Positions 31,139-41,112 of a stretch of DNA of 64,000 nt are shown here, piece by piece (the first letter of the stretch is position 1; every line of letters begins with the position of its first letter). The notes below the pieces were generated by a model. The model saw only the letters and a list, made by a program, of their open reading frames with translations. It did no database searches and was not told the origin of the DNA. A program made the position numbers and the translations under genes. The DNA is from Nitrososphaerota archaeon (lineage in GTDB: Archaea > Thermoproteota > Nitrososphaeria_A > Caldarchaeales > Calditenuaceae): assembly GCA_038741355.1 (NCBI GenBank), contig JAVYLC010000002.1:8738-72737 (forward strand), written 5' to 3'.

Positions 31139-31141
31139 TGG

Positions 31142-31951
31142 TCAGACATCCTTCAGTCTGGAGAGAATGCTGAGGAGGCCTTTGAAAGACTCGGTTGTGC
31201 CATCCTCTTTTGTACCGCCCCGCGGAATATAGTGCGTCTCGAGCGAGACTACGCCGTCGAATGCTCTGTCCAGATCCTGGAGCTGTCCGAAATAGTCTAT
31301 CATGCCGGCGCCTATCGGCTTAAACTTGAATACTCCGTTCTCCACGGCAGCATCCTTCAAGTGGACGTGGATGATATCGTCTCTTACATGCTCGTGGCCC
31401 TGGGGGTATGGATCCTCCCTTGCGAAGAAGGCGTTGCCGGGGTCCCAGAGAACTTTTAGCCAAGGGCTCTTGACGGTGTCAAGTAGCATTCTGGCCTCCC
31501 AGCCAGTCCCGATCATGCAGCTATACTCGTTCTCAACGGCGAGTACGACACCCTCGTCGGAGGCAAGGTCTATGGCAGGGCTTAGAAGCTCGGCAATACG
31601 GTCGAGATACCTATTCACACCACCCTGCCACCAGAAAGTGAATATCCTCGTGAATCTCAGGTCGAGGAGCTTTGTGAGCTCTATCGCCCTCCTCAGAATC
31701 CTAAGGCTCTGAGCATGCCCCTCCCTGTCATCAATGTAGACTTTGAAGGCGTAGGAATCTATATTGGATATCTCGAGCCCGTGCTCCTGTGCAGTCTTTT
31801 TGAGCTCGAGGACTTCGCTATCGCTCAGTCCACAGACATTTTTACCCCAGACATCGCGTATCTCGACATGTGTCGCTCCTAGACGCTTGACAACCTTGAA
31901 TGCGTGGTCCGGATCCTGAGATATCTCGTCAGAGATTATTCCCAGCCTCAT
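31142..31951 (-). CDS. sugar phosphate isomerase/epimerase (xylose-isomerase-like TIM barrel)
   Basis: 269 aa with a TIM-barrel pattern. Overlaps the next gene by 4 bp. Confidence 0.6.
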   Translation of the reverse strand: MRLGIISDEISQDPDHAFKVVKRLGATHVEIRDVWGKNVCGLSDSEVLELKKTAQEHGLEISNIDSYAFKVYIDDREGHAQSLRILRRAIELTKLLDLRFTRIFTFWWQGGVNRYLDRIAELLSPAIDLASDEGVVLAVENEYSCMIGTGWEARMLLDTVKSPWLKVLWDPGNAFFAREDPYPQGHEHVRDDIIHVHLKDAAVENGVFKFKPIGAGMIDYFGQLQDLDRAFDGVVSLETHYIPRGGTKEDGTTESFKGLLSILSRLKDV

Positions 31952-32721
31952 ATCAGCCGCCTCAGATAATCGCGATACAGGGGTAGGATGATGTCTCCAC
32001 TCACCAAATACCTATGCCAGAACCTCTCCCACTCCACGGAAAGATAACCCACGTACCCCGACAGCCTTAGGTCAGAGACTATTTCTCGGAGGGGGACTAC
32101 ACCCTCCCCCGGGCGCGTAAAAACCCGCTTACCCTCCCTCACAATAAAATCCTTCAAATGCACATGCCCTATCCGCCCCCTCAGGAGCTCGAAAGCCTCA
32201 CCATGTGACCCTCCCGCAAAGATTATGTTGGCCGGGTCGTAAAGGAATAGAGGTTCGTCCGAGAGGTCTAATAGCTCCGCGATGTTAGACGTATCAGCTA
32301 GGTGGTCGTGGGTCTCAATTAATATTCTGACGCCATGGTCTCCCGCGACTCGGGCCAAGAGCTTGTATCCATTAACCACACATTCTGAGGCTTTAGGAAA
32401 CTCGCCTCCATAAACCCTTAAGCCTGATGCGCCAATCTCTGCGGCCAGTTTGACCAAGTTATTCGCCAACGAGAGGGCCGGGTCCCTATCATCGCCGCGC
32501 ATTTCGGAGAGTCTGAGATAACTTGAGAGGACGGGGACTGGTATGTTGTAGGACTTTAGGAGCTCAAGCTGTGTGTGCGGGATAGGCGAGACTGGTCTCA
32601 CGTGAATCCCGTCGTCAGATACCCTCAGCTCGACGCCATCAAAACCCATCCTGACCGCCCGCTCCAAAACATCGGCCAAACTAAGCTCAGGATAGGCCAA
32701 GCTCGTAAAACACAGCCTCAA
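31948..32721 (-). CDS. sugar phosphate isomerase/epimerase (xylose-isomerase-like TIM barrel), paralog
   Basis: 257 aa, same fold. Overlaps its neighbours by 4 bp on each side. Confidence 0.6.
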   Translation of the reverse strand: MRLCFTSLAYPELSLADVLERAVRMGFDGVELRVSDDGIHVRPVSPIPHTQLELLKSYNIPVPVLSSYLRLSEMRGDDRDPALSLANNLVKLAAEIGASGLRVYGGEFPKASECVVNGYKLLARVAGDHGVRILIETHDHLADTSNIAELLDLSDEPLFLYDPANIIFAGGSHGEAFELLRGRIGHVHLKDFIVREGKRVFTRPGEGVVPLREIVSDLRLSGYVGYLSVEWERFWHRYLVSGDIILPLYRDYLRRLI

Positions 32722-33848
32722 AGAGGCACACCACCCAGCCTGAGCGGCAGTGAAACCTTCACACCCCTCTCGGAGCTCAGATAAATAGCCTTGATCAGCT
32801 CGAGGCTTTTAATACCCTCATCACCACTCACTGGAAACTCCCTCCCACTCCTGACACAGTCTGCGAAGTCCGCTAGGAGGGCCCTGTGGAGGTCTCCAAA
32901 GGCTACTCCGCTGCCTTCGACTTGGGCTTCACCCTCATCCATCCATATTCTAAGGGAGAGGTCATGTATCTCCGCAAACCCTTTGGTGCCTAGCACTCGT
33001 ATCTTCCTATACTGCCTGTTCGTCGGCCTCATATTCACTGTGGCTGAGATTATCCCGAGAGCCCCGCTTCTGAACCTTATTGCCGCCGTGGCCACATCCT
33101 CCACTTCTATCGATGGATGCGACGCGTTGGAGATAAATCCCGAAACCTCCTCCACATCTCCACCCAGCCAGAGGACGAGGTCTAGCGTGTGTATTGCCTG
33201 GTTCATCAAGACCCCGCCACCCTCCGTCTCCCAATAACCCCTCCAACTCCGTGCAATCTCGTCACTCCTGTAATACTCGCTCTCACCTCTCCACCACTTA
33301 AGCTCCGCCTCAACCAGGTAGACTCTTCCCAGACCACCGTCTGAGACCAACTCCATAAGCCGCCTCGCCGCTTCTAAGTATCTCTCCTGAAAAACAACCC
33401 CTAGCCTAAGCCCCATCTCTTTCGCGGTATCAGAGATCAGGCGCGCCCCCCGGAGCGTCGTGGCTATGGGCTTCTCCACTAGGACGTGTTTGCCATGTTG
33501 TAGGGCGTAGAGTGTCTGGGGCGCGTGGAGGTAGGATGGCGTCGCAACCACCACAGCCTCCACCTCCGGGTCTTTAACCACCTCATCTATCGAGGCGTAA
33601 GCCTTAGCGCCATACTGCCGCCCAACCACCTCAGCCCTCTCCCTCACCTGATCCGCCACAGCGACAAGCCGGCAACTCTCAAGCATCGAGATGTTTCTGG
33701 CATGGATCTGCCCAATAACCCCAGCCCCCACAACGGCAAACCCAACTCCATCCAAGCCGAGAACAAGACCACTATAGGCCAGTGATAAATCCTCCCCCAC
33801 CCATGTTATAAAAACAGCGCGGCCACCGAGTGTTGGCCCCCCACTCAT
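32718..33848 (-). CDS. Gfo/Idh/MocA family NAD(P)-dependent oxidoreductase
   Basis: N-terminal Rossmann motif FAVVGAGVIGQIHA. The C-terminal alpha/beta domain is typical of inositol/glucose-fructose dehydrogenases. Confidence 0.8.
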   Translation of the reverse strand: MSGGPTLGGRAVFITWVGEDLSLAYSGLVLGLDGVGFAVVGAGVIGQIHARNISMLESCRLVAVADQVRERAEVVGRQYGAKAYASIDEVVKDPEVEAVVVATPSYLHAPQTLYALQHGKHVLVEKPIATTLRGARLISDTAKEMGLRLGVVFQERYLEAARRLMELVSDGGLGRVYLVEAELKWWRGESEYYRSDEIARSWRGYWETEGGGVLMNQAIHTLDLVLWLGGDVEEVSGFISNASHPSIEVEDVATAAIRFRSGALGIISATVNMRPTNRQYRKIRVLGTKGFAEIHDLSLRIWMDEGEAQVEGSGVAFGDLHRALLADFADCVRSGREFPVSGDEGIKSLELIKAIYLSSERGVKVSLPLRLGGVPL

Positions 33849-33925
33849 TATAGTAACTCGTATGTTTGTAGAATTCTGCCTGTGGCCGTGAATCTTTATA
33901 AGCGGCTTAAGCCTGCCCCATATGC

Positions 33926-34954
33926 GTGGAGTACGTTCGTCTGGGATGGTCTGGGCTTAAGGTCTCTAGAATATGTGTGGGCTGTATGTCGTTCGGCGAC
34001 CCTAGACGTCAGCCGATGGGGGGTGGGGGATGGGTTGTAGGCAGAGAGGAGGCATTCAGGGTGCTGAACAGGGCGTGGGACTTAGGGATAAACTTCTATG
34101 ATACGGCAAACGTCTACTCAGCGGGCCTGTCTGAAGAGATTCTCGGCGAATTCCTTCAGGGCAGGAGAGACGACGCAGTAGTGGCCACAAAGGTCTTCTT
34201 CCCAATGAGCGACAAGCCAAACGACCGAGGATTGTCGAGGAAACACGTAATGAAGCAGATAAGGGACTCCCTCCGCAGACTCAAGACCGACTATGTGGAC
34301 CTCTACCAGACGCATAGGTGGGACCCGGAGACACCGGTTGAGGAGACCCTCTCAGCCCTCACGGACCTGGTCAGGCAAGGTTTGGTAAGATACATTGGGG
34401 GGTCAAGTATGTGGACGTGGCAGTTTGCTAAAGCCTTCTTCACCGCCGAGTTTAAGGGCTATGAGAAGTTCACAAGCACCCAGACACCCTATAACCTCCT
34501 CTACAGGGAGGAGGAGCGAGAAATGATTCCGTTCTGCAAGGCACACAACATCGGATACATGGTGTATAGCCCAACTGCGGTGGGAGTCCTCTCAGGAAAA
34601 TATTACAAGGATGGCAAACTCCTGGTTGGTTCGGATGCGCCTGATCGTCTTAGACCTGAGATAGGCTTCTACGCCTATAATGCATACATTGAACCGCCAG
34701 AAAACGCGGAGATAGTTAGGAGAGTCATAGAGGTGGCTGAGCATAAGGGCGTCAAGCCGGCCCAGATAGCCCTGGCTTGGCTCCTCCACAAAGGCGTCAC
34801 ATCCGTCATAATAGGCACCAGCAAAACAGAGCATCTCGAAGAAGCTGTCGAATCGCTCGAAATCACGCTGACAGACGAGGAGACCAAATACTTGGAGGAG
34901 CCCTACAGACCCAAACCGGTCATCCACATAACACAGCCCGCAACCACTCGGTGA
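33926..34954 (+). CDS. aldo/keto reductase
   Basis: AKR catalytic tetrad context (FYDTANVYS...VVATK...HRWD). 342 aa. Confidence 0.85.
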   Translation: MEYVRLGWSGLKVSRICVGCMSFGDPRRQPMGGGGWVVGREEAFRVLNRAWDLGINFYDTANVYSAGLSEEILGEFLQGRRDDAVVATKVFFPMSDKPNDRGLSRKHVMKQIRDSLRRLKTDYVDLYQTHRWDPETPVEETLSALTDLVRQGLVRYIGGSSMWTWQFAKAFFTAEFKGYEKFTSTQTPYNLLYREEEREMIPFCKAHNIGYMVYSPTAVGVLSGKYYKDGKLLVGSDAPDRLRPEIGFYAYNAYIEPPENAEIVRRVIEVAEHKGVKPAQIALAWLLHKGVTSVIIGTSKTEHLEEAVESLEITLTDEETKYLEEPYRPKPVIHITQPATTR

Positions 34955-34999
34955 CAGCCACGAGCGAAAGGTTATATCGTCACACTCTATTGGTGATGT

Positions 35000-35278
35000 A
35001 TGCCCCACCGCATTGAGCTCTTCGTCGGCAGGTGCCCCCTGTGTGAGGAGGCGCGCAACATTTTGGAGGTGGGGAAGTGTTCTGGCTGCAGACTCGACAT
35101 ATACGACTTAGCGGTACAGTACGCCTCTATCCGAGAGAAGATCCGAGAATACGATATAAGATGTGTCCCAACCATCGTGATAGACGGGAAAATTAAGGTC
35201 GAAGGGCTTCCTCAATTCACATTTATCTGCAGCGAAGAGCTATACCGGCAACTAGAAATGAACTATCGTTTCAGATAG
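35000..35278 (+). CDS. glutaredoxin/thioredoxin-like small protein
   Basis: CPLC redox motif near the N-terminus. RCVPTIVIDGK is a Trx-fold cis-Pro loop. Confidence 0.55.
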   Translation: MPHRIELFVGRCPLCEEARNILEVGKCSGCRLDIYDLAVQYASIREKIREYDIRCVPTIVIDGKIKVEGLPQFTFICSEELYRQLEMNYRFR

Positions 35279-35387
35279 TATATCTGCTTGGAATCTGGCC
35301 CACTATGGCTTCCATACCGAGCAGAGAGGTAAGCACTGCCTGCAAGTTCTCTTCAGCGTGGCGCAATAACGGCTTTTACAGGAAGGC

Positions 35388-36533
35388 CTAACTCGATACG
35401 CTGTGCATGGTGGACCGGCTAGGCTCATATATGCATGCTGGATCAGTAGCTAATGGGTCCCCGCATTCAGCGTAGGCCCTTGCCCTAGAGCCGCCACATA
35501 TTGACTTATACTCACATACACCACAGCGTCCAGTGAACAATCCCTGGCGCATCTTAACGAGTAGGGGGTGCATCCTATATATCTCTACGAGGTTCCTAAC
35601 CCTGATATTACCAAGAGGGAAGGGTAGGAAACCTGAAGGGTAAACAATCCCGTTGTGGGAAACAAATACTATTCCAAAGCCGTCTCTCGTTGGTGTTATG
35701 GTCTGGGCGGGGCCGCGTTTAGGATCACCCATAAGTGAATGTAGCCTATCCACCAACTCGTTATAGAGCGGGCCCTCATACTTTGCCCCATTAGCCCTCT
35801 CCAGCATAGCCCTCCGGTAGAATGGCGCCTCTACGGTACGCAGCTGCAAACCATATCTCGATACGTCGACCAGAAATTGAACCACATCCTCATATTCTTG
35901 CGGCGTTATGTCGAGCTCCTTTACGGCGCGTCCAGTCACAATAAGGAAGAAGACCTCCCAAATCCTCACCCCTAAGTCCGTGATCAGTTTTACGATCATT
36001 GGAAGTTCTCTAAGATTCTTCCTCCAGATAACTGTGTTGACCTGTACTACAAGTCCAGCTTTAACAGCTCTTGATATTGCCTCTACTGTGGCTCCAAAGT
36101 TACCGGGTGTTTGCCTCATCTCTTCATGTGTTTCGGCGGTTGCACCATCAAGACTTATAGATATGCTCCTCACACCTGCCTCCTTGAGCCTATTTAGGAT
36201 CTCATCCGATAGGTTTGATGATACGGCCGGCGAGACTGCCACAGGAACACCATACGAGTTTGCATAGTCAATCAATTCGAAGAGGTCTTTGCGCATCAGA
36301 GGGTCGCCACCTGTTATCACAAGGAATGGTGAGGGGTGTCCAAAGGCAGCTACCTGTTCGATAAGGAGCTTCCCTTCACTAGTTGTTAGCTCACCCGGCA
36401 GGGGCTTAAGTATTGCATCGGCGCGACAGTGCTTACATGCTAACGGGCAGGCCTTGGTCGACTCCCAGAAGACCAAGAGAGGTGCTTCATGAAACCTGCT
36501 TATCCAATCTTCAATCCTCATAAACACATACAC
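35388..36533 (-). CDS. radical SAM protein with C-terminal SPASM/twitch domain (AhbD/NirJ-like heme-pathway radical SAM)
   Basis: CPLACKHC is the radical-SAM CxxxCxxC motif. ITGGDPLM follows. A C-terminal Cys cluster CGVCEYKSICGGSRARAYAECG...ACIY is present. It is the last gene of the heme operon. Confidence 0.75.
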   Translation of the reverse strand: MYVFMRIEDWISRFHEAPLLVFWESTKACPLACKHCRADAILKPLPGELTTSEGKLLIEQVAAFGHPSPFLVITGGDPLMRKDLFELIDYANSYGVPVAVSPAVSSNLSDEILNRLKEAGVRSISISLDGATAETHEEMRQTPGNFGATVEAISRAVKAGLVVQVNTVIWRKNLRELPMIVKLITDLGVRIWEVFFLIVTGRAVKELDITPQEYEDVVQFLVDVSRYGLQLRTVEAPFYRRAMLERANGAKYEGPLYNELVDRLHSLMGDPKRGPAQTITPTRDGFGIVFVSHNGIVYPSGFLPFPLGNIRVRNLVEIYRMHPLLVKMRQGLFTGRCGVCEYKSICGGSRARAYAECGDPLATDPACIYEPSRSTMHSVSS

Positions 36534-36536
36534 ACC

Positions 36537-37025
36537 TCATGAGAACCTGAGTAGTGTACCCATCGCAATAATAGCGAGGGTCAGACATAGGGTAGCCCAT
36601 CCAACCACCAACATCTTTAACCTATCCCTAGAGTATTCTGGCCCATCCTCCATCTCGTAGAGCCTTCTACCTAGTCTCGAGTGTAGAGGGAGCATAAGGA
36701 GCACGGCTACGGTTAAGATCATCTTGATCAGCAAAATCATGCCCAAGTGTGTTGCATAGAAGGCCAGACTTGTAAGCAACTGGACTCCAAACCCCCGTGT
36801 TAAAAGGATGAACAGCCCAGACACCACGGCTAGGTAGAGAGAGTACCTCATAGGTCTCTGAATAGCTCTCCCAACAACTCCCAGCATCTTCGTGGCCTCT
36901 ACAGGGGGGTAGGTCTTTCTTAAACGCCTGTTTACAATCACGGTGAAGAGTATTCCCCCAACCCACAATGATGCGCTGACTATGTGAACTAGCTTAATAA
37001 TTGTTAGAACAGTTAGGATGCTCAA
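36537..37025 (-). CDS. 4-TM membrane protein, HemJ-like (protoporphyrinogen oxidase HemJ / CopD-like)
   Basis: 162 aa. The N-terminal helix carries KLVHIVSASLWVGGILF, which resembles the HemJ signature (H...W.GG.F). Its coordinates overlap hemE (37022-37025) on the same strand. Confidence 0.4.
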   Translation of the reverse strand: MSILTVLTIIKLVHIVSASLWVGGILFTVIVNRRLRKTYPPVEATKMLGVVGRAIQRPMRYSLYLAVVSGLFILLTRGFGVQLLTSLAFYATHLGMILLIKMILTVAVLLMLPLHSRLGRRLYEMEDGPEYSRDRLKMLVVGWATLCLTLAIIAMGTLLRFS

Positions 37026-38065
37026 CCCTCCTCTCCTCTCCCCCCGTATTCGTGGACAAACTCTACAAGGGCTGCCACGTTGTCGGGCGGAGTCTCTGGG
37101 AGTACCCCATGGCCCAGGTTGAAGATGTGTCCAGGCCTATCTCTCGTCGCATCTATTATCTTGCCCGCCCTTGATACAATAATATGCCGGTCCGCTAGGA
37201 GGACGGCGGGGTCTAGGTTGCCCTGTATCCCCACATCGTATCCTATGCTTCGCCAAGCCCGGTCTATCTCTATGCGCCAGTCAATACCTATCACGTCGGC
37301 GCCCGTTCTCTTCAAAAGCTCAGGCATCCCCGCACTGCAGGTAGTGAAGTATATCACTGGCACCCCTCGATTTTTTATATCTTCGACAAGAGTCTTCACG
37401 TATGGAAGAACACTCTCTCTGTAGTCTGACGGCGACAGACTCCCAGCCCAGCTATCGAAGAGCTGGATAACCCGAGCACCTGCAGCAACCTGTAATTTAC
37501 AGTATTGCGACACAGCCTCACTGACGGTCTCCATAAGCACCTTCCAGAGGTATGGTCTCCTATACATTAGGGACCTCGCTAAGGGAAAATCTCTGGACAC
37601 CACATCGCCTACCATGTAACAAGCGGTGGTGAATGGCCCGCCCGCAAAGCCTATTATTGGTACTCTATCATTAAGGATTGACCTGGCGAGACGTATCGTC
37701 TCGTAGACGTAGCCGACCTTAGAGCTGTCAAAGTTCTGTATATCTTTGACGTCTCCCTCATCCCTAATGGGTTTCTCGACCACTGGGCCTTCACCATCAA
37801 CTATTCTAAACGACACGCCTAAACCCTCTAGGGGGACGGCTATGTCGGCGAATAGTATTGCTGCATCCACACCGAATTTTAAAACTGGAAGAGCGGTTAG
37901 CTCCGCAGCGGCTTCTGAGTCTTTGCATAGTGATAGTAGGTCCCGATCCCTCCTCAACCCCCTATACTCGGGAAGGTATCTCCCAGCCTGTCTCATCAGC
38001 CAGATGGGCTTCTTATCTGTCTTTTCCAGCCTACACGCTCTAAGAAGCCTGTCATTCACGCCCCT
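37022..38065 (-). CDS. hemE: uroporphyrinogen decarboxylase
   Basis: NDRLLRA...PIWLMRQAGRYLPEY is the HemE N-terminal signature. The start was trimmed to a GTG near 38065. The track ORF extends to 38113. Confidence 0.85.
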   Translation of the reverse strand, partial: RGVNDRLLRACRLEKTDKKPIWLMRQAGRYLPEYRGLRRDRDLLSLCKDSEAAAELTALPVLKFGVDAAILFADIAVPLEGLGVSFRIVDGEGPVVEKPIRDEGDVKDIQNFDSSKVGYVYETIRLARSILNDRVPIIGFAGGPFTTACYMVGDVVSRDFPLARSLMYRRPYLWKVLMETVSEAVSQYCKLQVAAGARVIQLFDSWAGSLSPSDYRESVLPYVKTLVEDIKNRGVPVIYFTTCSAGMPELLKRTGADVIGIDWRIEIDRAWRSIGYDVGIQGNLDPAVLLADRHIIVSRAGKIIDATRDRPGHIFNLGHGVLPETPPDNVAALVEFVHEYGGRGEEG

Positions 38066-39371
38066 CACCGATGACGCGCAGGGCTTCAGTGAACGCTTCA
38101 ATCGATCGCTCAATTACTGCTTCTTCGTGTGAGGCTGAAACGAATATCGTCTCGAATGGTGAAGGTGGGAGTAGAACTCCTCTCCTAGCCATTTCCCAGA
38201 AGAGCCGCGTGAAGCTCCCCCTATTACTGCTTAGCACATCACTGTAATTCTCGATCTTCTGTCTGTCTGTGAAGAATAAGCTAATCATCGAGCCAACCCT
38301 ATTTATGAGCATGGTGACGTTTGAGTTATTTGCAGCCTCGACTATCCCCCGCTCCAGCATCGAAGATAGTCGCTCAAGCTTCTCATACACGTGGGGTGTG
38401 AGGAGGTCGATGGTGGCTATGCCGGCCGACATAGAGATAGGGTTCCCTGAAAATGTCCCCGCTTGATATACTCTCCCAGTCGGAGCCAAAAGCTTCATTA
38501 TTTCTTCTCTACCACCAACAGCTCCTATCGGGAATCCCCCACCAATGATTTTCCCCAAGCAAGTAAGATCGGGGTGGACACTGTAAAGCTCTTGGACCCC
38601 ACCCCTTGTAATCCTGAACCCTGTTATGACCTCGTCGAATATTAGCAGGGAGCCGTACTTCTCCGTTATATCTCTGAGTGCCTCAAGAAAACCTTGTTTA
38701 GGAGGTACCACCCCCATATTTCCCGCTATGGGTTCAACTATTACACAGGCGATCTCGGGCCCGGCTTGTCTGAAGACTCTTTCCACCACGCTGGTATCGT
38801 TATAGGGAACTGTTATCGTGTCCTTGGTTATCTCTTCGGGGATACCGTCTGAGGCCGGCAGCGAGTAAGTCGCTAGCCCTGAGCCGGCCTTTGTCAGGAG
38901 GTAGTCAACGTGGCCGTGGTAGCATCCGTCGAACTTCAGGACCTTCCTCCTGCCGGTGTAGGCCCTCGCCAGGCGGATTGCCGTCATGGCTGCCTCAGTC
39001 CCCGAATTAACGAATCTGACAAGCTCGATCGATGGGAAAGCCTCGGCTATCCGCTCAGCTAGCTCTATTTCGAGCTCGTTTGTAAGACCGAGGATCGATC
39101 CACGCTCTAATGCCTCCTGCACAGCCAGTAAAACCTCTCTTCTAGCATGGCCGAGTATGAGGGACCCCCACCCGCAGATTAAGTCCACGTATTCGTTCCC
39201 GTCAGCGTCGTAGATGTAGGGGCCCTCCCCTCTCCTTACAATCAGGGGCTCACCCCCAACAGACATGAAGGACCTTACCGGACTGTTGACCCCCCCAACA
39301 AGGATTTTCATGGCTCTCTTATACTTCCTGTGGGATTCCTCTATCCGTGGGCTAGATCCTTGGGCGGTCAT
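38052..39371 (-). CDS. hemL: glutamate-1-semialdehyde 2,1-aminomutase
   Basis: Class III aminotransferase fold. The PLP-lysine region FDEVITGFR is present. 439 aa. Confidence 0.9.
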   Translation of the reverse strand: MTAQGSSPRIEESHRKYKRAMKILVGGVNSPVRSFMSVGGEPLIVRRGEGPYIYDADGNEYVDLICGWGSLILGHARREVLLAVQEALERGSILGLTNELEIELAERIAEAFPSIELVRFVNSGTEAAMTAIRLARAYTGRRKVLKFDGCYHGHVDYLLTKAGSGLATYSLPASDGIPEEITKDTITVPYNDTSVVERVFRQAGPEIACVIVEPIAGNMGVVPPKQGFLEALRDITEKYGSLLIFDEVITGFRITRGGVQELYSVHPDLTCLGKIIGGGFPIGAVGGREEIMKLLAPTGRVYQAGTFSGNPISMSAGIATIDLLTPHVYEKLERLSSMLERGIVEAANNSNVTMLINRVGSMISLFFTDRQKIENYSDVLSSNRGSFTRLFWEMARRGVLLPPSPFETIFVSASHEEAVIERSIEAFTEALRVIGEGRE

Positions 39372-40360
39372 GCCTTAAGCCACCCCGCAACTTGCGGCGC
39401 AAAATATGTGATTATTATGTCGGCTCCAGCTCTCTTTATGGAGGTCAAAAACTCCATGACCACTCGCTTTTCATCAATCCACCCCTTCTCCGCCACCGCC
39501 TTTATCATTGAATACTCCCCACTTACGCTGTATGCGGCTATCGGCACATTGAACTTGGAGCGCGCCCTAACGATCACGTCCAAGTAGGCTAGGGCCGGTT
39601 TAACCATAACAATGTCCGCCCCCTCTCTCAAGTCTAACTCTATCTCCCGCATGGCCTCTCTGATGTTTGACGGATCCATCTGGTAGCTACTCCTGTCGCC
39701 GAATGATGGTGAGGAGTATGCTGCCTCCCTGAAGGGGCCGTAGAGTGCGGAGGCATACTTGGCGCTATAACTCATTATAGCTACATCGGTGAATCCAGCT
39801 TTGTCGAGGCCCTCCCTGATCGCGAGTACCTGGTGATCCATCATGGCACTTGGCGCCACAACATCGACACCAGCTTCCGCGTGGGAGACGGCTATTCTCG
39901 CCAAGATCTCGATGCTCTCATCATTGGCGACGCGCCCCTCCTTTATTACTCCGCAATGTCCATGAATTGTGTACTGACATAAACAGACATCAGTTGCCAC
40001 TAGTAGGTCCCCAACATTCTCTTTAACTGCCCTCACAGCCTTTTGAACTATCCCATCCGCCCTGTATGCACTCGAGCCTAGCTCATCCTTGGACGATGGA
40101 ATGCCGAAGACGAGGATTCCAGGGATTCCAAGCCTCTTTGCTCTGGAAGCCTCTACAACTAACTCGTCTAACGAAAGGCGGTAGATGCCCGGCATAGAAG
40201 GTATCTTCTCCCTCCCAACCAGTGCCTCCTTGACGAAGACTGGGTAGATTAGATCGTTTACCGAGAGCTCCGTCTCTCTGATCATCTCCCGTATCTGAGC
40301 GGTCCTTCTAAGCCTCATCGGCCTCGCACGGCCCCTTCTCTCGGCGATTCTTTTTAGCAT
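39368..40360 (-). CDS. hemB: porphobilinogen synthase (delta-aminolevulinate dehydratase)
   Basis: Catalytic Lys regions VKPA and MSYSAKYAS are present. 330 aa. Confidence 0.9.
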   Translation of the reverse strand: MLKRIAERRGRARPMRLRRTAQIREMIRETELSVNDLIYPVFVKEALVGREKIPSMPGIYRLSLDELVVEASRAKRLGIPGILVFGIPSSKDELGSSAYRADGIVQKAVRAVKENVGDLLVATDVCLCQYTIHGHCGVIKEGRVANDESIEILARIAVSHAEAGVDVVAPSAMMDHQVLAIREGLDKAGFTDVAIMSYSAKYASALYGPFREAAYSSPSFGDRSSYQMDPSNIREAMREIELDLREGADIVMVKPALAYLDVIVRARSKFNVPIAAYSVSGEYSMIKAVAEKGWIDEKRVVMEFLTSIKRAGADIIITYFAPQVAGWLKA

Positions 40361-41112
40361 GGGTTCAGCCCCCTCACTAGCGCCTCAACAACCCCCCCGG
40401 CAGTGTGTCTTTCGGCTACTATGTGAGCCCTCAAACCGAGTTCCTCGGCAGCCATAGCCGTCACAGGTCCTATGCAACACACTATCACATCTTCTCTGAG
40501 GGCCCCACCATGTGAGTCTAAAGCTCTCTTCAACGCCTCAGCGGTTGAGGGGCTCGTCAATATCACCACGTCAAACTGGGGGAGCGTTGCTGGGCAGTCT
40601 ACTGTGCTGACTTTATATGCAGGCACCTGCTCTACAACAGCGCCCCTCATTTCAAATATCCTTGCCATTAGATCGTCCACACCCTCGCTCCTCACGAGTA
40701 ATACCCTCTTACCGGAAACGTCCGGTAGCTGTTCCGCCAAAGTTTTTGTCAGGTATTTGGAGGGAGTGAAGGAGACTTTTAGGCCTTTCTTTTCAGCCTC
40801 TTTCGCCGTGGCTGGGCCAACTGCTGCAACCCTACCCCTTATTCGACTGAGGTCTACGCCCCTATTGGTAGCCCTCTCTACGAATGCCCTAACACCTGCC
40901 TTACTGGTGAAGACTATCCAGTCATAGCCGTCCAGCCTGCTGAGAACGCTCTCTAGAGCAGACCAATCAGTCGGCGGCCCCCTTTGTATAAGTTCGAGGT
41001 GAATAGGCTCCCCTCCCAGCTCGTAGATGATTCTGCTCAGCTCATCTGCTTCCTCCCTTGGTCTTAGGAAGAGGACCCTTCTGCCCCTGAGCGGTTTTAT
41101 CAATGCTCCCAC
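40354..41112 (-). CDS. hemD: uroporphyrinogen-III synthase
   Basis: 252 aa with the two-lobe HemD pattern. Located between hemC and hemB. Confidence 0.7.
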   Translation of the reverse strand: MGALIKPLRGRRVLFLRPREEADELSRIIYELGGEPIHLELIQRGPPTDWSALESVLSRLDGYDWIVFTSKAGVRAFVERATNRGVDLSRIRGRVAAVGPATAKEAEKKGLKVSFTPSKYLTKTLAEQLPDVSGKRVLLVRSEGVDDLMARIFEMRGAVVEQVPAYKVSTVDCPATLPQFDVVILTSPSTAEALKRALDSHGGALREDVIVCCIGPVTAMAAEELGLRAHIVAERHTAGGVVEALVRGLNPC

